The notes beneath the pieces were generated by a model, which worked only from the letters and a program-made list of their open reading frames with translations, was not told the origin of the DNA and did not search any database. The translations under genes were made by a program, and so were the position numbers. From positions 14,428 through 78,427 of the forward strand of contig JAACPR010000002.1 in NCBI GenBank assembly GCA_009995365.1: a stretch of 64,000 bases of DNA, in the 5' to 3' direction. Shown in pieces: positions 56,406 through 64,000 of the stretch. The first letter of the stretch is position 1. The number at the start of each line of letters is the position of its first letter. Source of the DNA: Candidatus Parcubacteria bacterium. GTDB taxonomy: Bacteria > Patescibacteriota > Minisyncoccia > Phycocordibacterales > JAACPR01.

Positions 56406-57642
56406 ATTCAAAAAAATAATAACTCCTGTAGTGTTAATAGTGGCGATATCTGCGATTTTCCTAGTGTCTAGTTATTTTGCGGACATTTATAGTATCGAAA
56501 TACAAAATAGTATCGGAGAGGGTTCTATCGGTTTGTTGCTATTTTTCTTAATAAATATTTTGGCTGTAGTGTTGGCTCCTTTTACCACACTCCCTCTAAT
56601 TCCCATTGCAAGTGCTTTGTGGGGGTGGTTTTTGACAGGTATATTTTTAATTATATCTTGGACTATCGGATCTCAAATTGCATTCTACTTATCAAGAAGA
56701 TTTGGAAGAAAGTTAGTAGTTAAATTTATAAATATAGATAAATTAAATACTTTAGAGTCTAGAATACCAAAAGAAAATGTATTTTGGAGTTTGGTTTTAC
56801 TCAGAATGATTGTACCTGTTGATGTATTATCCTATGCTGTTGGATTATTTTCAAAAATAAAAAACAAGCTTTTTATTTCTGCAACATTTGTAGGAATAAT
56901 TCCGTTTGCATTTATTTTTGCCTATGTAGGAACTCTACCAACAAAAATACAATTAATTGTTGCGATTGAAATAATTGCAGCGGTATTGGTAATGCTTATT
57001 TATAAAAAAAGTAGTGCAAAAAAGATATTATTATTTCTTTTAATTCTATCAATATCCTCAACACTGTTTGTATATAGATCTGAGATAATTTCTTTGTTTT
57101 CAGGGCTTAGTGTACTTTCAAAAGAACGTCCTCTTCTGACTTCGGTGATTTTGATAGTAGCAAAGACAGTTTCAACTCCTTTGGGCTTTCCTGGGACTCC
57201 TTTAACATTATTGTCAGGTTCATTATTTGGAAAATTGTTCGGCACGGTTATTGCCTTAATAGGAAATACGATGGGTGCCACGCTTGCATTTATATTATCC
57301 AGGTATATTTTTAGAAATTATGTTCAAAAAAAAGTACTGCCAAATTACCCAAGAATTACTCAGTATGAAAAAAGATTTGAAGAGAGAGCTTTTTCAACCG
57401 TATTTCTCCTGAGGCTTATTCCAATATTTCCTTTTAATGGACTTAATTTTTTGTTAGGAGTGACTAATATCCCAATTAAAAAATATGTCATAGGATCATT
57501 TATCGGAATGATACCAGGTACTGCATTATTTGTGTATTTTGGTGAATCTCTGGGTTCAATGAGTTTGATTAATATTTTACTGGCACTAGGTGGTATCGTT
57601 TTATTAACATATGTAGGAAAAAAATATGAAAAAAGATTTTAA
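56389..57642 (+). CDS. tandem-duplicated DedA/TVP38 (VTT-domain) membrane protein
   Basis: Two DedA-like modules (…ISWTIGSQIAFYLSRRFGRKLV…; …LIGNTMGATLAFILSRYIFRNYV…). A start at MKISKF (56389) is preferred over the track's 56359. Confidence 0.55.
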   Translation, partial: NMKISKFKKIITPVVLIVAISAIFLVSSYFADIYSIEIQNSIGEGSIGLLLFFLINILAVVLAPFTTLPLIPIASALWGWFLTGIFLIISWTIGSQIAFYLSRRFGRKLVVKFINIDKLNTLESRIPKENVFWSLVLLRMIVPVDVLSYAVGLFSKIKNKLFISATFVGIIPFAFIFAYVGTLPTKIQLIVAIEIIAAVLVMLIYKKSSAKKILLFLLILSISSTLFVYRSEIISLFSGLSVLSKERPLLTSVILIVAKTVSTPLGFPGTPLTLLSGSLFGKLFGTVIALIGNTMGATLAFILSRYIFRNYVQKKVLPNYPRITQYEKRFEERAFSTVFLLRLIPIFPFNGLNFLLGVTNIPIKKYVIGSFIGMIPGTALFVYFGESLGSMSLINILLALGGIVLLTYVGKKYEKRF

Positions 57643-59056
57643 AGAAAAAAAAGAATACGATGTGATTATTATCGGAGCAGGTTCGGGCGGATTAAATATT
57701 GCGGGTTTTGCAAGTAGGGTTGGTTTAGAATTTTTGTTAATTGATAAAGAAGATAAAACAATCGGAGGAGATTGTCTAAATTTTGGATGTGTTCCATCTA
57801 AAGCACTTATTCATATTGGAGAATTAGTTAAAAATTCAATGTTGGCTAAAGATTTTGGAATGGATGTAAGTGGAGATGTGGATATTTTTAAGGTTATGAA
57901 TTATATAGATTCCAAAAAAGAATTTATAAGAAAACATGAGAATGCAGAATATCTTAGAAAGAAGGGGATTGATGTCGTATTAGGTTTAGCAAAATTTAGC
58001 GGTAAAAATAAAGTCATTGTGCGTGATGAAGAGTATGTTGGTAAAAAAATAATTTTAGCTACAGGATCTAGACCAAGATATTTAAAAATTCCTGGAATAG
58101 AGAATATTCAGGTGTTTAATAATGAAAATATTTTTTCATTAAAAAATAAGCCTCAAAATATGATTATTGTCGGAGGGGGTCCTATTGGTGCCGAAATTGC
58201 ACAATCTTTTAATCGACTAGGTATTAATGTATCTATTGTTGGTCCAAGCTTTTTAGATAAGGAAGATAAGGATGTATCAGAAGTAGTAAAAGATAAAATG
58301 CAAAAGGAGGGGGTAAGATTCTTTATAGGTTATAAACCTGTCGAGATAAAAAATAAAAATATTCTTATAATCGAAGATGGAGATGGTGAAAAAAAAGAGA
58401 TTAAATTTGATTTATTTTTTGTTTCAATTGGTAGAATTCTTAATTTAGACAATCTAAACTTAGAATCGGCGGGAATTGAACTAGATGAACGAGGAAAATT
58501 AAAAATAGACCAGTACTTAAGAACAACTAATAAAAATGTTATTGCTATCGGTGATGTTGCGGGAAATTTTATGTTTACACACGCAGCCGAATTACATGCT
58601 TCAACAATAATTAATAATTTATTTTCACCTTTTAAGAAAAAATTAAATACAGATGCGATGGCATGGGTCACTTATACTGATCCTGAAATTGCTACATTTG
58701 GATTACAGGAGCATCAGTTGAGAAAAAGATCTATAAAATATGAAGTAATACAAAAAGAATATATTGATGACCGAATGATTGTTGATGAGTATATGGATGG
58801 TCTAATTAAATTATTCATATCTCCCAAAGGTATAATTTTGGGCGGAAGTATGGTTGCGCATAATGCGGGGGAATTGTCTCAAGAACTTATGTTGGCACAA
58901 TCAAATCAAATGAATGTGCGAGCATTTATGAATAAAGTATATCCGTATCCTACCGCTACAAGAGCAAACAGGTCTGCAATATTGCAATATATGAGTAAAA
59001 AACTCACAGATAAAAATAAAAAGTTATTGAGAGTTCTGTTTCATATTTTTAATTAG
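57626..59056 (+). CDS. class I FAD-dependent pyridine nucleotide-disulfide oxidoreductase (Lpd/MerA/GR-like)
   Basis: FAD site YDVIIIGAGSGG, redox-active disulfide GGDCLNFGCVPSK, NAD(P) site IVGGGPIGAE. The C-terminal interface has YPYPT where the canonical HPT/HAHPT would be. Confidence 0.75.
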   Translation: MKKDFKEKKEYDVIIIGAGSGGLNIAGFASRVGLEFLLIDKEDKTIGGDCLNFGCVPSKALIHIGELVKNSMLAKDFGMDVSGDVDIFKVMNYIDSKKEFIRKHENAEYLRKKGIDVVLGLAKFSGKNKVIVRDEEYVGKKIILATGSRPRYLKIPGIENIQVFNNENIFSLKNKPQNMIIVGGGPIGAEIAQSFNRLGINVSIVGPSFLDKEDKDVSEVVKDKMQKEGVRFFIGYKPVEIKNKNILIIEDGDGEKKEIKFDLFFVSIGRILNLDNLNLESAGIELDERGKLKIDQYLRTTNKNVIAIGDVAGNFMFTHAAELHASTIINNLFSPFKKKLNTDAMAWVTYTDPEIATFGLQEHQLRKRSIKYEVIQKEYIDDRMIVDEYMDGLIKLFISPKGIILGGSMVAHNAGELSQELMLAQSNQMNVRAFMNKVYPYPTATRANRSAILQYMSKKLTDKNKKLLRVLFHIFN

Positions 59057-59078
59057 TTTTTTGTATTGTTATATCTTT

Positions 59079-60392
59079 TTATAAAAATATATTTTTATTC
59101 TTTAATATAATCCTCTCCGATATATTTTCCAATATATTCCTCTTCTCCTGCACATCACCATCCTTCAAAATAAACTTCACATAATTCTTAATATCGATAT
59201 CATCAATCTGAATGTTGGTACTTTTGCCAAGAAGGGAAGTATTGAACTTCTTGAACCGTAGTATCTCATCTTTAATCTTGTCTCGTACCTTTAACTCGTT
59301 CACTTTCATATCATCAATTAATTTCTCAAACTGTTTAATTAAGTCAGTTTCATTGATTGGCGGGTTAGAGCAATTGTGGTCCTTTGACTTTGCACATTTG
59401 TAGTACACATGTCTGTTTGAAGTTCCATTCTTGAGTTTCTTAAACTTCTCATCTGCACTAATCGCAGAATTACACAATCCACAGGTCATAAGTTTAGTGA
59501 AGGCAAATTCTTTATTCTCAATACGAAGTGTGTTGCTCTTTACTTGTGCCTGCACCATGTCATAGAGTTCTTTAGTTATAAGTGGTTCATGTTTTCCTTT
59601 GTACCAGTTACCTGATTTTCTCGGATATTCAAACTCTCCATAATAGAATGGATTACTCAAACTTCTGAATATGTTTCCGAGACTCAAGTGCTTCTTTCCA
59701 TATGCACTTCTGAAATTCAAATCAAACTTGAGCCAGTTGTATACTTTCTTTCCGCTCCATTTCTCATATGCTACTTTCTCAAACATCTTCTTGATCACGG
59801 GTCCTTTCTCTGGATCTATGTATGTTTCGCACTTTCGGTCACTCCGTTTCTCCTTGAGATATCCTGTCGGGGCAGGTCCTGGCCAGAGTCCCATTTCAAC
59901 TCTGGTTCGGAGTCCTCTTTTAACATTTATACTTTTGTTATCATTTTCAAGTTTTGCTTGAGAACAGAGAATCATCAGGAGGAACTTCTCATTGGGAGAG
60001 TTCTTAAATGTCTGTCCGTATGTTTTAATTTCTTGCAGTTTTGCTTGATCCATTAAATCCACCAAGCTTCCAAGATCTCCTGCATTTCTTGATAATCTAT
60101 CTGGAGCCCAAGTCAGTATCCCATTATATCTTCCTTGGTCTATATCAGAGAGTATTTCTTTGAATACTGGTCTTTGTCCCGAATCCTTTGCTGAATGTGA
60201 TTCTCTCCTAATGTCTATAATCTCCATGTTTTCCTTCTCTGCTATTTGGAGCATTTCTTTAACTTGCGAATCAATTGATAATACTTGTCGTTCTTCGGTC
60301 TCAGTACTTTTTCGAGCATAGAGGACGTATTTTACCTTTATTTGGGGCACTTCTGTCCTGACTCCGAAGTTGCTTATGTATTGGATTTCCAT
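59079..60392 (-). CDS. large serine recombinase (phage-type integrase/resolvase)
   Basis: N-terminal resolvase catalytic domain (YVLYARKSTETEERQ…DRLSRN), a recombinase domain, and a Cys-rich zinc ribbon (CGLCNSAIS…YYKCAKSKDHNC). Confidence 0.8.
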   Translation of the reverse strand: MEIQYISNFGVRTEVPQIKVKYVLYARKSTETEERQVLSIDSQVKEMLQIAEKENMEIIDIRRESHSAKDSGQRPVFKEILSDIDQGRYNGILTWAPDRLSRNAGDLGSLVDLMDQAKLQEIKTYGQTFKNSPNEKFLLMILCSQAKLENDNKSINVKRGLRTRVEMGLWPGPAPTGYLKEKRSDRKCETYIDPEKGPVIKKMFEKVAYEKWSGKKVYNWLKFDLNFRSAYGKKHLSLGNIFRSLSNPFYYGEFEYPRKSGNWYKGKHEPLITKELYDMVQAQVKSNTLRIENKEFAFTKLMTCGLCNSAISADEKFKKLKNGTSNRHVYYKCAKSKDHNCSNPPINETDLIKQFEKLIDDMKVNELKVRDKIKDEILRFKKFNTSLLGKSTNIQIDDIDIKNYVKFILKDGDVQEKRNILENISERIILKNKNIFL

Positions 60393-60586
60393 ATGTATAT
60401 GATGACGTAGATTGGGTATTTGCTAAGACTATGCAAAGGTTCATTTTCATTTCATGGTCGTTTCTATACCCTTAGCAAAAATATGAAAAGCGTTATAATC
60501 TATGGAGTAATACGTTACTTTGATGTATTATATGAGTACACAATTAAATATATAAGTAGCCTAACCCTATAGAGAAATCTGCAGGC

Positions 60587-61519
60587 ATGGTGAAAAGTCC
60601 AATCAGACATAAAGAACCCATCATAGGGTCGTCTGATTGGCTATATCGGGAAACCGGTATAAAAGACTTCGGTCTCTACCTGTGGTGGGCTTTTTGTGTA
60701 CTCGAAACTTTACAAGACCAATCAGAAAAATTAATGGCAACTAAAAATCAGAAGCAGGAGCTGTATAAGAAACTACAAGCTTATGCAAAACAATATTTGA
60801 AAAAAGAATATAAAGATCTCGATGAGTCTGCAACACGACTTATGATCAATAGTCTTTTAACAAATGTATTTGGATATATAGAACTTGAAGAAATAAAAAC
60901 AGAGTACAGAATCAGGGGAGAATACGCTGACTATATTATTCAATTAAAGAGAAAGAAACAATTTGTCGTTGAGGTTAAATCAATACAACTTGATCTCAAC
61001 GAGAAACATTTAAGACAAAGTGTAGGATACGCTGCGAACGAAGGTGTGGACTGGATTATTCTCACAAACGGAAAGCAGGTTGAACTCTATCGAGTGCTAT
61101 TTGGAAAACCAATATCTACAAGAAAGATATTCGACTTTGATTTGTCGGATGCAAAGGAACTTAAGAACATGTGTGAAATGCTGTATCTTCTCACAAAGAA
61201 GAGTGTACTTCGTGATGAATTGGATCATTTCTGGGCACGATTTGAAGCACTAGAGCCTATTAAATTATCAGGACACTTGTATTCAAGCGAAGTTGTACGA
61301 TTTCTTCGAAAAGTATTAAAGAGCAAGACAGGACTATATTTTGGAGATGACGATATTTTAGATTCAATTCAGAAAATTGTATCGACAAAAATTGAATCGG
61401 TTAAACCCAAGAGTCCAACATCTCTTGTGGGGAAGAAGAAAAAGCCAGTAGTCCAATTGTCGAATGTTGTATCAGAAGTTTCTGTAGAGGAGGACTCTGT
61501 TGCGGAGACTGTAATTTAA
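60587..61519 (+). CDS. PD-(D/E)xK nuclease-fold protein resembling the type I restriction enzyme HsdR N-terminal domain (standalone)
   Basis: EYADYIIQLKRKKQFVVEVKS…GVDWIILTNGKQVELY is the D…E-x-K pattern typical of HSDR_N/Mrr-like folds. Confidence 0.5.
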   Translation: MVKSPIRHKEPIIGSSDWLYRETGIKDFGLYLWWAFCVLETLQDQSEKLMATKNQKQELYKKLQAYAKQYLKKEYKDLDESATRLMINSLLTNVFGYIELEEIKTEYRIRGEYADYIIQLKRKKQFVVEVKSIQLDLNEKHLRQSVGYAANEGVDWIILTNGKQVELYRVLFGKPISTRKIFDFDLSDAKELKNMCEMLYLLTKKSVLRDELDHFWARFEALEPIKLSGHLYSSEVVRFLRKVLKSKTGLYFGDDDILDSIQKIVSTKIESVKPKSPTSLVGKKKKPVVQLSNVVSEVSVEEDSVAETVI

Positions 61520-61552
61520 ATTAAAAATAATTTATAAAATTAATATATTAAA

Positions 61553-62077
61553 ATGGAAAATTCAAACAAAGATGAAATTAAAAAGTTAACACTATCAAGA
61601 GTGCTTGCGTATGTGCTGGGTGGATTATTTCTTTTAGCAGGTGTAACAAGTTTATTTAGTAACTTTATGGTCGGTGTAGTTTTTATTGTTATATCAATAG
61701 TACTTTTCCCACCACTCTATAAACTTTTAGAATCAAAGACAAAAGTACGACTATCAAAATCGTTGAGAGTTGTAACAACAATAATTCTATTAGGTGTCGC
61801 TGGTGCGTTGTTTTCAAGTAGTGAAGTTGATTCAATCGTAGAAAAAGTGAACCAAGAATCTACCAATACAGTCACAGAGAATGTGTCTCCTGTAAAAGAG
61901 GAATACACAGAAGTAATTACACTGAAAGGAAAGGGTAATCAAAACTCCGCATCATTTAATGTAACAGGAAAGAAAGTTCGACTTACAGCCACAACAACAG
62001 GAGGTTCTTCTGGTATTGGTACATTCTCTGGTATCGAACTCAAAAAAGAAGAGGGTGGATATGTGGGCCAGGTTTAA
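61553..62077 (+). CDS. membrane-anchored hypothetical protein
   Basis: Two N-terminal TM helices and a Thr/Gly-rich C-terminus. Confidence 0.4.
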   Translation: MENSNKDEIKKLTLSRVLAYVLGGLFLLAGVTSLFSNFMVGVVFIVISIVLFPPLYKLLESKTKVRLSKSLRVVTTIILLGVAGALFSSSEVDSIVEKVNQESTNTVTENVSPVKEEYTEVITLKGKGNQNSASFNVTGKKVRLTATTTGGSSGIGTFSGIELKKEEGGYVGQV

Positions 62078-62206
62078 GTATTTCAACAGAAGGTGCTGAA
62101 GATGGAGTAGGAGAGACTACATACCGGAATCTCAAGCCAGGACAATACTATATCCAAGTGATCAGTGGAGTAGATTGGGTTGTGAAAGTTGAACAATCAA
62201 ATTAAT

Positions 62207-63766
62207 CTATTTTCCTGTTTCAACATCAATATAATCAGAATAGTAGACGGTACCTCCGTCCTCATCATCATTTCCTAGAAATGCTATAAGCCAAGTAGAT
62301 TCATTTGAGTGCGTGTCTAGGGTTGAGTTGATCAGCAGTGAAAATGCATCTGCAAGGTCATCGTGTTTTTCAACTCCAAATCCAATCAATTGTTGAATTA
62401 GTTCTTCACATCCCTGTCTTGGAAATTTAATAATTCCAGATTTGATTGATGTTGAAGTGAGGGATAGTCGCGTCCTCTTGTCTCCCTTTGGTTTTACCGC
62501 TTCAGCTTTAACACCATTGAGTTCAAGCATTTGGGGAAGTGCTTCTTGATATGCAACACTTTCAACAAAAAGCTTGTCTTGATATCTGGGCATTTGAGTT
62601 GATTTAAAGTTCTTCATTAAATCAACTTGTTCAGGAAAATTGAGCTTCTTGCAGATCGGGTTTGGAAGAATATAGATTTTCAATTTTTCCCTTCGTCCAT
62701 ACACATGAGCAGACACAATCGTAGTGAAGTCAGCAGAATCCTTTGTTGATATAGCGAGATCAACTCCTGCATACGTCCCTCTGTATGCTTTGTGTGAAGA
62801 TCCTGGTAAATCATCATAATACTGAAACCACTCAGGATAAATTACCTGATCATCACTTGGAATAATGCGAAGTAGATATTCTCTTTGCCAAGATATCTCA
62901 CTTGAGATTTTTAACTTCTCATCCTCAATGTCTTTTTCATTTTGATATTTTCCTGACCATAAACATACACCGTCTTTATCAAGCAGGGGATATTCCTTGA
63001 AAATACCCTTTGCTTTTCCTTGGGCAATCTCATCCTTAATTCTCATAAGGAGAGAATCCTCGTGCAGGAGATTTCCAACGATTATAAGTCTCGTATTTTT
63101 ATCTCCTGAAGGGATCACTTCACCTCTCAACCAGTTATATGTTTTGTTTCGACCTTCACGAGTCTTGGTTGATTGAACATCCTCAACGTCGTCACAGATT
63201 ATGAGATCTGGTCTATGTTCATTGTGTCGTAGTCCTCGAATACTTTGGTCACTTGAAGCAACAGTGATTCGTGCTCCGTGTTTTTTGAACACTAATGAAT
63301 GAGAACCCCATTCGTCGCTTTCTTCTTGGAATGGTCCGAGGTCTCTTTTAAGAACATCATTGCCTTCAAGTTCTGTTCGGATATTCATCATATGTTGTTT
63401 TGCTTGTGCCCGTGTCTGACAAAAGATAATACAGAACTTTTTCTGTTGTTTTCCAAGTATTGCCCAGATAGGGTATGCGGTGGTCACCATTGTTGATTTT
63501 CCAGATCCTCGAAATGCAACGACATATAGATTTTCAGTCGTACTTTTTTCGAGATTGTGAATAATCTCTTTTTGAAAGTCTGCCGTTTCGTATTTTACAT
63601 AGTGAGCATAGTAGAAGTGGAAGAAATACAGAAAACTATCTTTTGTGATTGATGTTCGCACCAATCTGTCTTTCATCATTCTGTTTACCAATGACGTGTC
63701 AATTAATTTATTCATGTTTGTTAGAGTTAATTTTTTTAATGGATCTTGATTTTGTAATCGAAGCAA
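62207..63766 (-). CDS. phage terminase large subunit
   Basis: Walker A VVAFRGSGKST, Walker B LIICDDVED, and a C-terminal RNaseH-like nuclease region with conserved acidic residues. The true start is probably an internal Met, so that the overlap with the upstream ORF is short. Confidence 0.8.
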   Translation of the reverse strand: MLRLQNQDPLKKLTLTNMNKLIDTSLVNRMMKDRLVRTSITKDSFLYFFHFYYAHYVKYETADFQKEIIHNLEKSTTENLYVVAFRGSGKSTMVTTAYPIWAILGKQQKKFCIIFCQTRAQAKQHMMNIRTELEGNDVLKRDLGPFQEESDEWGSHSLVFKKHGARITVASSDQSIRGLRHNEHRPDLIICDDVEDVQSTKTREGRNKTYNWLRGEVIPSGDKNTRLIIVGNLLHEDSLLMRIKDEIAQGKAKGIFKEYPLLDKDGVCLWSGKYQNEKDIEDEKLKISSEISWQREYLLRIIPSDDQVIYPEWFQYYDDLPGSSHKAYRGTYAGVDLAISTKDSADFTTIVSAHVYGRREKLKIYILPNPICKKLNFPEQVDLMKNFKSTQMPRYQDKLFVESVAYQEALPQMLELNGVKAEAVKPKGDKRTRLSLTSTSIKSGIIKFPRQGCEELIQQLIGFGVEKHDDLADAFSLLINSTLDTHSNESTWLIAFLGNDDEDGGTVYYSDYIDVETGK

Positions 63767-64000
63767 GTTTAAGTGCTTGTTTTACGATCTTTGCTTGTGA
63801 TGGAGTAAGTGCTTGATTGTCTTCTTTTGTCGTAATTTCAATCTTGTCTTTGTAATTGTCATTTCGGTGTCGCAACCAGAAACTAATTGCTGAGTAATTC
63901 TTTTCCTTAATGAGTGTGAGTAGCTGACTTTCACTCATGTCATTTACAAGTGCAACACCTTCTACCTGTGCCCCATCCATTTTCTTTGCAAATGACTTAT
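63708..64000 (-). CDS. terminase small subunit-like protein (may extend past the window end)
   Basis: …SQLLTLIKEKNYSAISFWLRHRN… is an HTH-like DNA-binding region. There is no in-frame stop between 63981 and 64000. Confidence 0.45.
   Translation of the reverse strand, partial: KSFAKKMDGAQVEGVALVNDMSESQLLTLIKEKNYSAISFWLRHRNDNYKDKIEITTKEDNQALTPSQAKIVKQALKLASITKSRSIKKINSNKHE

Larger units (their letters stand above)
59057..64000. mobile_element. integrated phage-like element (prophage or remnant) whose boundary lies beyond the window
   Basis: Serine recombinase, a PD-(D/E)xK protein, and TerL/TerS. GC is visibly higher than in the flanking core genes. Confidence 0.6.

Overview
The window is very AT-rich (about 30% GC judged by eye) and carries housekeeping genes of a small-genome bacterium. 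The gene content (a reduced repertoire, type IV pilus ATPase, a Gram-positive-style T4SS and many secreted low-complexity proteins) fits a CPR/Patescibacteria-like lineage, but that assignment is inference only. Core genes recognised by motif: comM/yifB (5' partial), a LysM-M23 peptidase, a UvrD/PcrA helicase, a Fic protein, rsmA, yidC-rnpA-rpmH-dnaA-dnaN (the chromosomal origin region), PBP1A, tyrS, ruvC-yebC-ruvB, gspE/pilB, tsaE, polA, a holA-like gene, fpg, an amidase, a Mur ligase, ruvA and rpsT. Three tRNAs were found by hand-folding: Lys-UUU (minus strand), Arg (plus) and Ser-UGA (plus). Accessory content: (i) a roughly 14 kb VirB4/VirB6/PrgI-type T4SS-like locus (8.0-22.1 kb) with a VirB4 split into two ORFs and a VirB2-like pilin fused to a 400-aa tail; (ii) a 2.4 kb GC-rich island (35.2-37.6 kb) encoding a Gram-negative-style glycine-zipper lipoprotein and a small zinc-finger protein, ending in an 18-bp inverted-repeat element; (iii) an ArsR-associated thiol/redox operon (50.5-54.0 kb) with a Cys-rich peptide and a CcdA-DUF3179 fusion; (iv) a single 788-aa Zwf-Gnd fusion ORF (glucose-6-phosphate dehydrogenase plus 6-phosphogluconate dehydrogenase); (v) an integrated phage-like element from 59.1 kb to the window end (large serine recombinase, PD-(D/E)xK protein, large and small terminase subunits); (vi) a tRNA-Arg locus surrounded by tRNA-derived fragment repeats; and (vii) a promoter-to-terminator non-coding unit downstream of polA that looks like a small RNA gene. 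Everything is read from the sequence and the supplied ORF track; no database search was possible.
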